From assembly GCA_963705125.1 (NCBI GenBank), contig CAVPIY010000008.1:719900-783899 (forward strand): a stretch of DNA of 64,000 bases, given 5' to 3'. The notes under the pieces are model-generated. The model did no database searches. It had not been told where the DNA came from and worked only from the letters and a program-made list of their open reading frames with translations. Positions 47,431 to 56,866 of the stretch are shown piece by piece. Numbering within the stretch: the stretch's first letter is position 1; each line of letters starts with the position of its first letter. The translations under genes and the position numbers were made by a program. The stretch comes from an uncultured Bacteroidales bacterium. Its GTDB lineage: Bacteria > Bacteroidota > Bacteroidia > Bacteroidales > UBA10428.

Positions 47431-49080
47431 ATGATGAATCAGCCAGAAATTAAATACGGAATAATCATAACCTTGGCATATTCATTTCTTAGTTTATCTG
47501 CACAGGATACATCCGTTCAATCGCTTAATAGACCCGGTAAAACCGAATTTTTCATTTCCACGGATGAGGGTATACCCCTGGGCACAACGATATTTTTACC
47601 AAAGGGCAAAGATAAGTGCCCGACAGTTCTAGTGCGCACTCCTTACAACAGGAAATCGGAAGAATGGATGGGCAAGGCATTTAATATGTTTGGTATCGCC
47701 GTGGTTTTACAGGACGTAAGGGGACGGTATCAATCAGGGGGTGATTACTATCCCTTTATTCATGAACGGATGGACGGACTGCAGACGCTCAGATGGATCA
47801 GGGAACAATCCTGGTCAAACGGGACGGTTGCCGGATGGGGAGGAAGTTATGTGGGTTATACACAATGGGCAATCTCTGACTCTCTTGATTTTCTGACCTT
47901 ATTGCTTACAGGTGCCAATCTGTATGATTTTGCCTATCCCGATAGTCTTTTTTCTTTGCAAACCGCTTTTGTATGGGGATTTCAAAATTCCACCCGGGAA
48001 GCTGTCCAAATACCGGCTGAGAAATTGAAAGCAAGTGCTCTTATCCTGCCCTTATCCATAGCCGATGATTCTGTTATTCAGGATATTCCTTTTATGAATG
48101 ACTGGATTAAGCATGAAAAATATGACAGTTTCTGGAAACAAATGAATTTCAGGGGGATGACACGATCTCCGGTTTTATCCATGGCCGGTTGGTATGATAT
48201 TTTCCTGAAATCACAGATTGAGGATTTCCAGTCCCTGACAGACAAAGGAAATCCTGACAGCAGGCTGATCATCGGTCCCTGGTGTCATGGGTCCATGGGG
48301 GAGCAAAATGATTACGGAGGGCTGAAGAAAACAGGAAAACCCTCAAAGATATTCAAGTATGTCAAGAGCTTCCTGAAGGGAAAGGAGAACAAACTCACCG
48401 CTCCTTTGAAGAATTCAAAGTACAACCTGTTTATCATGGAAAGAAATGAATATGTGGGATCGGAGGTATGGCCACCCCTTGAAACTAAAACGGTGCCCTA
48501 TTATATTGGACCATCAGGATTTCTCAGTCCTTTGAAATTCGAGAAAACAGGATATCTCTCATATGAATACTCAGCGGCAGATCCTTTCCCAAGCATGGGA
48601 GGAACCGCCCTGGGTGAAGGTGTAGGTCCGGCCAGGCAGAATGCAAATGCAGATCGCGAAGATCAGCTTGTCTTTGAAATGAATGTATCAGAACCTTTGA
48701 TTTTGCTTGGTCCTGTTTCCGCCACACTTTGGATCTCGAGCGATGCACCCTGTACTGATTTTATAGTAGGCCTTCAGGATGTTTTTCCGGATGGAAGGAT
48801 AATAAATATCCAGGAAGGTGCAGTAAAAGTAAGGATCAGCAATGAACAACCTGCAAGAACAGAAATCTCTGTCTGGGCAACCGGATACCAGTTGAATACC
48901 GGGCACAAACTAAGGGTATTTATATCTTCGAGCTGGTTTCCCCGGTATAACCGCAGTCTGAACAGATGTGACCCGATGTACACTGCCCGGGAAATGGTTC
49001 CTGCAAATCAGAAAGTTTTTTACGGGCCCGAAACGCCTTCATCTCTAAATCTTCCGGTTTTTAAGATCAGCAGCAAGTAA
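47431..49080 (+). CDS. CocE/NonD family (S15 X-Pro dipeptidyl-peptidase-like) hydrolase
   Basis: 549 aa with a signal peptide. VLVRTPYNRK, GWGGSYVGYTQW (nucleophile elbow GxSYxG) and a C-terminal jelly-roll domain are present. Confidence 0.75.
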   Translation: MMNQPEIKYGIIITLAYSFLSLSAQDTSVQSLNRPGKTEFFISTDEGIPLGTTIFLPKGKDKCPTVLVRTPYNRKSEEWMGKAFNMFGIAVVLQDVRGRYQSGGDYYPFIHERMDGLQTLRWIREQSWSNGTVAGWGGSYVGYTQWAISDSLDFLTLLLTGANLYDFAYPDSLFSLQTAFVWGFQNSTREAVQIPAEKLKASALILPLSIADDSVIQDIPFMNDWIKHEKYDSFWKQMNFRGMTRSPVLSMAGWYDIFLKSQIEDFQSLTDKGNPDSRLIIGPWCHGSMGEQNDYGGLKKTGKPSKIFKYVKSFLKGKENKLTAPLKNSKYNLFIMERNEYVGSEVWPPLETKTVPYYIGPSGFLSPLKFEKTGYLSYEYSAADPFPSMGGTALGEGVGPARQNANADREDQLVFEMNVSEPLILLGPVSATLWISSDAPCTDFIVGLQDVFPDGRIINIQEGAVKVRISNEQPARTEISVWATGYQLNTGHKLRVFISSSWFPRYNRSLNRCDPMYTAREMVPANQKVFYGPETPSSLNLPVFKISSK

Positions 49081-49118
49081 GGCAAAGGTTTACTAAAATA
49101 GGGCTAACTTCAAAAGAA

Positions 49119-51248
49119 ATGAATTACAAAGAAACCTCTGGTACCGGAGGGAAAGCCTTATTGGCCTTATCGGGCATGTTGCTCTTCCTCGCAGGATTCA
49201 TGATATTCATTCCGGTGTTGGCTTTGTTTCCTGCATCAGCTGTACAATGTCAGGATTCGGAACCGGAAATACTTTGGGACAATTATGGTGTGCCGCACAT
49301 TTATGCCTCCGGACCAACTGAAATGTACTATGCATTCGGCTGGTCTCAGATGGAAAATCATGCGGACCTGATCCTGAAACTTTATGGGCAGGCAAGAGGA
49401 AAAGCATCCGAATACTGGGGAACGGAATTTCTGGAAACCGACAAACTCATCACACTTTTTGAGATACCGCTCCATGCCGAAAATAATTACAAACAACAGA
49501 AGGAACCGTACAAATCCTATATCGACGCATTTGTAAGAGGATTGAATGATTATGCCCTTGCTCATCCTGAAGCAATCTCGGAAAAATTCAGGCAAGTCCT
49601 TCCTGTCAGCAGGAATGATGTTTTTGCGCACCTTTTGAGGATTCTTTGTTTGGAGATTTTAGCAGGCGAGGATTTATATATAGTAAAAAAAACTGTTGAG
49701 AATGGTTCCAATGCCTATGCCATTGCCCCATCAAGATCGGCTTCAGGGAATGCCATGCTGCTTACAAATCCGCACCTTCCCTGGAGTGATTTCTTTCTCT
49801 GGTTCGAATCCCATTTGGTATGTCCCGGTTTTAATGCATATGGGATTACGCTCGTTGGGATGCCTAATTTGTCCATGGCATTTAATATGCATCTGGGTTG
49901 GGCATTTACCGTAAATACCCTGGATGGGGCTGACCGTTACGAGCTTCTCCTGAAAGATGGCGGATATGTATTGGATGGTGAAATAAGGCAATTCGAAAGA
50001 AAAATCGATATTATCCGTACCATTCAGGAAGACGGAACCCTGAAAGAAGTACCGGTGGAATGCCGGTACTCGGTTCACGGACCGGTAACCGGTGAAAAGG
50101 GTGATAAAGCATTTGCGCTGCGTGTTACAGGGATGGAAAACCACAGGATATTTGAACAGTATCACAAAATGGCAGCGGCCACCAGTCTTTCTGAATTTGA
50201 AGAGGCTTTGAGAATGCTTCAGAATCCGATGTTTAATATATTGTATGCTGACAGATCCGGGAACATTTTGTATCTGTTCAACGGCAACGTTCCCAAACGT
50301 TCAGGAGGTGATTTTGCATTTTGGAAAGGAACCATCGATGGCACAAAAGCAAAGTACATCTGGAACGAATACCTTGCATACAATGAGCTTCCAAAGGTTC
50401 TGAATCCCGAATCCGGCTTCCTTCAAAACTGCAATGATCCACCCTGGACATGCACCTTTCCACCTGTTCTCAGGCCCGAAAAGTTTCCATCGTACATAGC
50501 ACCGCAGTTTATGCATTTCAGGGCCCAGCGTGCAGTGAATATGATCAGGAAAATTCCATCCCTGACGTTAGATCAGCTTATACAATGCAAATTCAATACC
50601 GGGATGGAGACAGCTGATCGTTTGCTGGATGATCTGCTGGATGCGGTTGAGCAATTCCCGGATTCGCTTGCGCTTAAGGCTTCTTCGGTTTTAAAGAATT
50701 GGGACAGAGCCACGGAATCAAACAGTCGCGGAGCCATCCTGTTTGCAACCTGGTTTGATAAACTTACCGGCAGTATGTTTAAAATTCCGTGGAGTCCGGC
50801 CAATCCTACAGAGACACCTGACGGGCTGGCAAATCCGGAATTGGCTGTCAGACTGCTGGCTGAATCGGCTGATGCAGTTCAGAAGGAATATGGGTCGCTT
50901 GATGTGGAATGGGGCAGTGTACACCGTTTCAGGTTGAACGGGACGGATTATCCTGCCAATGGAGGACCCGAGAAATACGGTATTTTCAGGACAATTGATT
51001 ATACCGGGACATCTGACCATAAAAGACAGGCCAGCTATGGAGATACTTTCATAGCCGTTACTGAATTTGGGGATTCTACCCGGGCCTTTGTTTTACTGGG
51101 CTATGGAAATGCAACACAGCCGGGGAATAAACATATTGGAGACCAGATGGAATTATTATCCGCGAAAAGACTGCGGCCTGCCCTGCTCAGCAGGAAAAGC
51201 ATTATGGAGAATCTTGAAAAGAAAGAAGAATTGAGTGTTTCATGGTAA
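49119..51248 (+). CDS. penicillin acylase / AHL-acylase family Ntn hydrolase
   Basis: 709 aa with an N-terminal TM/signal segment. ENGSNAYAIAPSRSASGNAMLLTNPHLPW carries the Ser nucleophile context of the beta-subunit N terminus. Confidence 0.75.
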   Translation: MNYKETSGTGGKALLALSGMLLFLAGFMIFIPVLALFPASAVQCQDSEPEILWDNYGVPHIYASGPTEMYYAFGWSQMENHADLILKLYGQARGKASEYWGTEFLETDKLITLFEIPLHAENNYKQQKEPYKSYIDAFVRGLNDYALAHPEAISEKFRQVLPVSRNDVFAHLLRILCLEILAGEDLYIVKKTVENGSNAYAIAPSRSASGNAMLLTNPHLPWSDFFLWFESHLVCPGFNAYGITLVGMPNLSMAFNMHLGWAFTVNTLDGADRYELLLKDGGYVLDGEIRQFERKIDIIRTIQEDGTLKEVPVECRYSVHGPVTGEKGDKAFALRVTGMENHRIFEQYHKMAAATSLSEFEEALRMLQNPMFNILYADRSGNILYLFNGNVPKRSGGDFAFWKGTIDGTKAKYIWNEYLAYNELPKVLNPESGFLQNCNDPPWTCTFPPVLRPEKFPSYIAPQFMHFRAQRAVNMIRKIPSLTLDQLIQCKFNTGMETADRLLDDLLDAVEQFPDSLALKASSVLKNWDRATESNSRGAILFATWFDKLTGSMFKIPWSPANPTETPDGLANPELAVRLLAESADAVQKEYGSLDVEWGSVHRFRLNGTDYPANGGPEKYGIFRTIDYTGTSDHKRQASYGDTFIAVTEFGDSTRAFVLLGYGNATQPGNKHIGDQMELLSAKRLRPALLSRKSIMENLEKKEELSVSW

Positions 51249-51256
51249 TAAAACGA

Positions 51257-52825
51257 TTACCAGAAGTAAATATACAATACACACAGAATACAGACAATGC
51301 CCATGGAAAACCATTTAAAAATCCGGTCTTTGTTGTGAAATATATCCGGTGGCAGTTCCCATTCTGAAGTTTGTTTATCGGACTTTTTAGCGAACAGGGA
51401 CATCACGATGATCTGTGCGGAAATGATCAGGAAGGAAAGGGCCATATTGTCCAGAAATGGCAAGTCCGGAAGGATCAACTTCAATATTACCGGTACGGGA
51501 ACCGCTATTAATACGGCAATCCAGGCAGCTCTTGTCGTGGTCTTTTTCCAGAAGATACCCAGAATGAACAGGGCAGTAATGCCCGGACTGATCAAACCGG
51601 TATATTCCTGGATGAACTGAAAAACCTGATTAATCCCGGTCAGCATGGATGCCAGTGATGCGGCAAGGATAATGATGATAAAGCTTGAAATGCGACCGGT
51701 TTTTACCAGACCGGCTTCAGATATCCCGGGCCTGAAATGGACCTTGTAAATATCGATGGAAAAAATGGTGGATGCACTGTTGATGATGGCCGCCAGTGAT
51801 GAAATGATGGCTGCGATCAGGGCTGCAAAAACAAAGCCTTTTACGCCTGAAGGGACAAAGCGGTCCAGCAACCAGGGATAGGCTTCATCAGGCCGGGTAA
51901 TGTCGGCATGCAGCACAAAGGCAGAAATTCCGGGAAGGACAACCAGTATGGGGATGATCAGTTTTAAATAGCCTGCAAAAACCATCCCGCGCTGTGCTTC
52001 CTGCAGATTCTTTGCACCCAGGGCTTTTTGGATAATGTATTGATTTGCCCCGAAATAATAGATGCCGGCAATCCATATCCCACCCAATATGGATCGGATT
52101 CCGGGCATATATTTGAAATTTGGGTCCGACCTGGACAGGATCATGTGAAACTTTTCAGGTGCTTTTTCCATCAACAGGGCAAATCCGCTGAAAAACCCCT
52201 GACCGTCAGACACCGTATTCAGGGCCAGGTAAGTGGTGGTAAGACCACCCGCTACCAGAAAAACTACCTGAATGATATCGGTATTTGCAATGGTTTTTAA
52301 TCCCCCACCGGCCGCCAGAAAAACTGAAAAAAGAGCCAGACCGGTGATGGCGTAAACCATTTTTACTCCAAAAACCGTTTTTAGTGAGAGCGCTCCCAGG
52401 TAAAGAATGGATGTCAGATTAACAAACACAAACAGGAACAGCCAGAAAATGGCCAGCACCGTTTTGATCCGGTGATTATATCTCATTTCCAGGAACTGGG
52501 GCATGGTATAAATCTTTTTGTGCATAAAAACCGGTAGAAACCACCATGCCACCATGATCAGCATGATCGCAGCCAGCCATTCATAGGTAGCTATCGTCAA
52601 TCCCATGGCAAAACCTGATCCTGACATGCCTACAAACTGCTCTGCTGAAATGTTGGCCGCAATGATAGAACTTCCGATCAGATACCAGGGAAGGGTGCTG
52701 CCTGCAAAAAAATAACTCTTTGAATCTTTCTTCCTGTTGACCTTGCGTGATATGTAAATACCTACGCTGATAACAATGCTGCAATAAATAAGGAATACAA
52801 GTATATCAGGGATTGTGAACTTCAT
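51257..52825 (-). CDS. sodium:solute symporter (SSS/SGLT family)
   Basis: 522 aa with about 13 TM helices. YFFAGSTLPWYLIGSSIIAANISAEQFVGMSG is the SSS N-terminal signature. Confidence 0.85.
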   Translation of the reverse strand: MKFTIPDILVFLIYCSIVISVGIYISRKVNRKKDSKSYFFAGSTLPWYLIGSSIIAANISAEQFVGMSGSGFAMGLTIATYEWLAAIMLIMVAWWFLPVFMHKKIYTMPQFLEMRYNHRIKTVLAIFWLFLFVFVNLTSILYLGALSLKTVFGVKMVYAITGLALFSVFLAAGGGLKTIANTDIIQVVFLVAGGLTTTYLALNTVSDGQGFFSGFALLMEKAPEKFHMILSRSDPNFKYMPGIRSILGGIWIAGIYYFGANQYIIQKALGAKNLQEAQRGMVFAGYLKLIIPILVVLPGISAFVLHADITRPDEAYPWLLDRFVPSGVKGFVFAALIAAIISSLAAIINSASTIFSIDIYKVHFRPGISEAGLVKTGRISSFIIIILAASLASMLTGINQVFQFIQEYTGLISPGITALFILGIFWKKTTTRAAWIAVLIAVPVPVILKLILPDLPFLDNMALSFLIISAQIIVMSLFAKKSDKQTSEWELPPDIFHNKDRIFKWFSMGIVCILCVLYIYFW

Positions 52826-55799
52826 CCGTACTGAATTTCATGGTTACTTTGTTCGCATATTTGTCAGGAACACGGATCAATTTCATATAATTTCCCCAAA
52901 GCAGGTCAGGGTAATCCCAAAGGTTATTGATCACAAGAATGATTTTACCGGGATCATTCTGATAAACACGGCACCCGACGGAACCATCTGAAAAAACGCT
53001 CAGTGCATTTCCGGATAAAGTATTCACCAGCGCATACCTGTATATATTTTCTTTTAATGCGGCTACAATATTGGGGAAATGATATGTATACCGGGGATTA
53101 TCCATTCCCTTATAATAGAAACTGCATACATCATACGCCCAATCCTTTTCAGGGATTTCCCGGTATTTCTCCTCAACTGTGTTGCGTAAAGGTTCTTCTC
53201 CTGAAGGGCGACCCATATGGCCGTCAGGATAAACTGACCAATAACTTTTACGATTCCAGATCAATTTGTCAAAGCTGGCAGCCAGTTGATAATTTACACC
53301 GATTTCAAATATTTCCTTTTTTGTTGGTTTTTCAAAGGAATATGCAGTGCTTATCTCACCATTCTCCTGGATGGTAAGATGATAAGCAACCGGAAAGGAA
53401 TTATTATAAGATCCCTTGATTTCAATTTTCGCACACGCATTAGCAATTAAACCAGTCAGGCTTTTCAATTTCCAGTCGGAGCTGAGGAATTCCAGCTTTT
53501 TGGTGGTGAAGGCAAGGTATTCCCCGCCCAGGGTATATTGCAGGAATGGTCCACTCTTGATTAACGTATCGCCTCGATAGATACCTGCTTTAACAAGACC
53601 AGTCTCTGCATCGAATTGAACCGTGAAATCCTTTCCGCTGACAGACAACATCCCTTCCGTTTCAACCATATCAATCGGATTATCCTTTCTTTCCTGAACA
53701 ACAGCTATTTGCTTTGTTGCTTCTCCGATCCTGATATTGTAAATGTCGATAAGTTGGTCGTCTGCGTTTAGAAACGACACCTTTAAGTCGCTACCGTTTT
53801 TCCAGTTCTGTGCAGGAATGATTTGCAGCCCGGTCTCACGCGGAACAAGGTTTACACCGGCAACAGTTCCTGATAACCCTTCATACTCCCATTTTACACT
53901 TGTCTCATTCAGGTTAGTATGGTCATACCGGTTGAAAACAGACAGTTCAATTGGTTTATTGGATACCGCCTGTTTAACTTCGGTAGTCAGAATCCGGATC
54001 GGAGAGTAAGCTTTTTTTACGCTCCAGAATTCAGGTTTTTTTCTTCTCCAGACATCAACGAATCCCCATTCGCCATATCCAATGTTTTTGCTTTCGTAAC
54101 GGATGGGAGAACCTTTGGGGTTGATTCCCCACCAGTCATCATAACCAGCCATGGTATCAGGCATCATAAAGGTTTCATCGATCATCCCCCATATAGCCCC
54201 GCCCAGCGAACCGCTTGCCGCAAAACTGTTTATCCACATGCTGTCCAGGCTTCGTCCCCAGAATTCACGGATATTGATATCATTTTGAATTGTGGGTTTA
54301 TTGTAACATGCCACATGGGCCCATTCATCATACAACACGGGCATCGTATCATTTCTGAAACGGATTATGATAAGCTTAAAATTGTCAGTATTTCCATCAT
54401 ATGTGGGATAATGTATACTCATGATATCAAAGCACTTCTTGCCATCGGGTACGGTACCGGGATAGCTGAAGATGACCGGACGGCTGAGATCAGTTGATTT
54501 GATATAATCATATCCCTGCTGAAAGTTTTCATCGTATAAACTTTCATTCCCCAAGGACCATATGATTACGGAAGGGTTATTCCGGAAAGCCTGCACCATT
54601 TCCTTTAGCTGGGTATTAAGCGATTCATTAAATTCGGGTCCATAATGCCTGACTGTATCATATTCCGGAAGGCGGTGGGTACGCACGAAACATGCCGCGT
54701 TTTCTACCTCGAGATATATACCCAGGGAGTCACATAGGTCTGCAAACCTTTTTGTGGGGGGATAGTGTGATGTCCGGATGAAGTTCATATTGGCTTCTTT
54801 GGCCAACCGGGCATCAAGCAGATCATATTCAGGTGTGGCAACTCTGCCCAGCAGGGGATGGACGTCGTGGCGGCATGCTCCACGGAGTTTCACGGGTTTG
54901 CCATTGACCAGCAATTCATTGCCCATGATTTCAATTTTTCTGAAACCCACTTTTTGTGAAATGGTTTGCAGGATTTTCCCCTTCTTTGACAATTCAAGTT
55001 TCAGGGTGTAAAGATGAGGGTGTTCTGCATCCCATTTCAGGGGATTGACCACCGGATATTTCAAGATTCGGTTTTCATCAGATGCTGCCAAGGTGACCTT
55101 ACTGTCAGGCAATTTTATCCTGTTTCCCTTTGGATCAAACAAGGTTACTCTCAATTCTGCATTTTCTTCAAGCTGTAATGATAAATCAACAGCCAGAACA
55201 GCGTCTTTATAATCAGCATCCAGGATGGTTTCAACATGACAGGTGTTGATCCGGTCATGTGATAATGCTTTAACATAAACATCACGAAGAATCCCGCCGA
55301 TCTGGTGTTTGGCATATCCGCTGGCAAAAGACTGGTCATTCTTTTTGTCAGTGCATTCAACTGTAATCCAGGCTTTTTCGCCAGGTCTTACCAAAGCGGT
55401 TATATCACATTCCCAGGGAGTAAAACCGCCGGTATGATCACGGACATAGGTGCCATTCACCCAGATTCGGGCGTAACTGTAAACCCCGTCAAAACATAAA
55501 AAAATATCCTGATTTATAAAATGTGCTGGAACTTCAAATTCTTTTTTGTAAATAAAAGGTTTGTCATGTTTTATAGCAAAACCCTGCATCTGACATTCTC
55601 CCGGTACCTGAATGTCACGCCATCCTTCCATATTCAAATCGTTATTTTCAAAACCCGGCAGTGGATTCAAGGATAACTTCCAGGTTCCGTTTAAAAGAAT
55701 GTGATCGGGTTCCTGTTTTTCACATCCCGAAATGAAGGGCATAAGAAATAGCAACAGAAAGGCAATTTTGCCTGAAGAAATACTTAACAAGGATTTCAT
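52806..55799 (-). CDS. glycoside hydrolase family 2 lipoprotein
   Basis: 997 aa with the lipobox FISGC. It has the GH2 sugar-binding N domain, NFIRTSHYPP, and WSLGNES (acid/base Glu). Confidence 0.85.
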   Translation of the reverse strand: MKSLLSISSGKIAFLLLFLMPFISGCEKQEPDHILLNGTWKLSLNPLPGFENNDLNMEGWRDIQVPGECQMQGFAIKHDKPFIYKKEFEVPAHFINQDIFLCFDGVYSYARIWVNGTYVRDHTGGFTPWECDITALVRPGEKAWITVECTDKKNDQSFASGYAKHQIGGILRDVYVKALSHDRINTCHVETILDADYKDAVLAVDLSLQLEENAELRVTLFDPKGNRIKLPDSKVTLAASDENRILKYPVVNPLKWDAEHPHLYTLKLELSKKGKILQTISQKVGFRKIEIMGNELLVNGKPVKLRGACRHDVHPLLGRVATPEYDLLDARLAKEANMNFIRTSHYPPTKRFADLCDSLGIYLEVENAACFVRTHRLPEYDTVRHYGPEFNESLNTQLKEMVQAFRNNPSVIIWSLGNESLYDENFQQGYDYIKSTDLSRPVIFSYPGTVPDGKKCFDIMSIHYPTYDGNTDNFKLIIIRFRNDTMPVLYDEWAHVACYNKPTIQNDINIREFWGRSLDSMWINSFAASGSLGGAIWGMIDETFMMPDTMAGYDDWWGINPKGSPIRYESKNIGYGEWGFVDVWRRKKPEFWSVKKAYSPIRILTTEVKQAVSNKPIELSVFNRYDHTNLNETSVKWEYEGLSGTVAGVNLVPRETGLQIIPAQNWKNGSDLKVSFLNADDQLIDIYNIRIGEATKQIAVVQERKDNPIDMVETEGMLSVSGKDFTVQFDAETGLVKAGIYRGDTLIKSGPFLQYTLGGEYLAFTTKKLEFLSSDWKLKSLTGLIANACAKIEIKGSYNNSFPVAYHLTIQENGEISTAYSFEKPTKKEIFEIGVNYQLAASFDKLIWNRKSYWSVYPDGHMGRPSGEEPLRNTVEEKYREIPEKDWAYDVCSFYYKGMDNPRYTYHFPNIVAALKENIYRYALVNTLSGNALSVFSDGSVGCRVYQNDPGKIILVINNLWDYPDLLWGNYMKLIRVPDKYANKVTMKFSTDEVHNP

Positions 55800-56866
55800 T
55801 TTAGATTTTTTTGAAATTCATTTGCGGCTTCTTTAATGGCCAGGATGTTTTCCCAGGGTACCTCAGGTTCCACGATATGAGTAGGGCCAACAACGATTCC
55901 TCCCTTTAATCCGCAGGTTTTAAGCCTGTCGAGTGTGACACTTCTGACCTCTTCCCTGCTTCCAAAGGGCAATAGTTGCTGTGTTCCCAATGTTCCCCAG
56001 AATGAAACACGGTGGCCGAAAAGAGTATGAACTTCATTAAAATCCATACATTCGGGTTGTATGGGATTCAGGATATCAATACCTGTTTTTATCAGACCGT
56101 CGATAAAGGGCAGGACATAACCGCAGGAATGATAGAAAATGAGGATATCCGGTTTTATCTCCCGGGCAGTCCGGATCACTTTTTGCAATCGTGGCTGGAG
56201 CCATTTTTTCCACAGATCCACATCGATCATAAGTGAATACTGGGTGCCAATGTCGTCTCCGAGCGACAATATGTCAATGCCGGCTGTTGCATAAGCCCTG
56301 GCTTTCTCGCATGCAAAGCCGGTGATTTTATCCAGCAATACGGAAGCGGCACCGTTCCCCATCATCATGTCCATCATGAGTTCTTCCATGGAGCGCAGGT
56401 ACCAGGAGGCCTCCCAGACAGTCATCTGCATAAAACCGAGTGAGGCAAGTCCCATTTTGTGAAGAGCAGCCACCCTGTGGCTGAATTCATCCAGTTTTGC
56501 TATATCAACTGTCGGATAAGGATAGTCCGCTATCTCCCCGACATCAGCACCAAGCAGGGGATGGTGCATCCGGGTCATATGAAATGCCAGTTCCGATCCT
56601 TTGGAATGACCTATACCATACTCATCAAATACAGTGCTATCCGGGACAATTTCACGGTGAAACTGCTTTCTGCCATCTGCAAAATTCCTTTTTACCGGGA
56701 TCTCAAGCTTTCTGTGGCTTAGTCCCAGGTAGGTTTCATAATCGGCATGTCCGAATCTCGCCTTAAAGTTGTCAATTTGCGATTCGCAGAAAACATAATC
56801 CACATGCACATTCTCAAATCCCTCGCGGCGCAGGCAACGCAGCAGGTCTTCACGGGGTATATTCAT
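55796..56866 (-). CDS. uroporphyrinogen decarboxylase (URO-D) family protein, non-HemE paralog
   Basis: 356 aa with SLGDD...HSCG...LNPIQPEC...SFWGTLG...PTH. It is collinear with 10392..11459. Its start shares one nucleotide with the upstream stop (TAATG). Confidence 0.7.
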   Translation of the reverse strand: MNIPREDLLRCLRREGFENVHVDYVFCESQIDNFKARFGHADYETYLGLSHRKLEIPVKRNFADGRKQFHREIVPDSTVFDEYGIGHSKGSELAFHMTRMHHPLLGADVGEIADYPYPTVDIAKLDEFSHRVAALHKMGLASLGFMQMTVWEASWYLRSMEELMMDMMMGNGAASVLLDKITGFACEKARAYATAGIDILSLGDDIGTQYSLMIDVDLWKKWLQPRLQKVIRTAREIKPDILIFYHSCGYVLPFIDGLIKTGIDILNPIQPECMDFNEVHTLFGHRVSFWGTLGTQQLLPFGSREEVRSVTLDRLKTCGLKGGIVVGPTHIVEPEVPWENILAIKEAANEFQKNLK

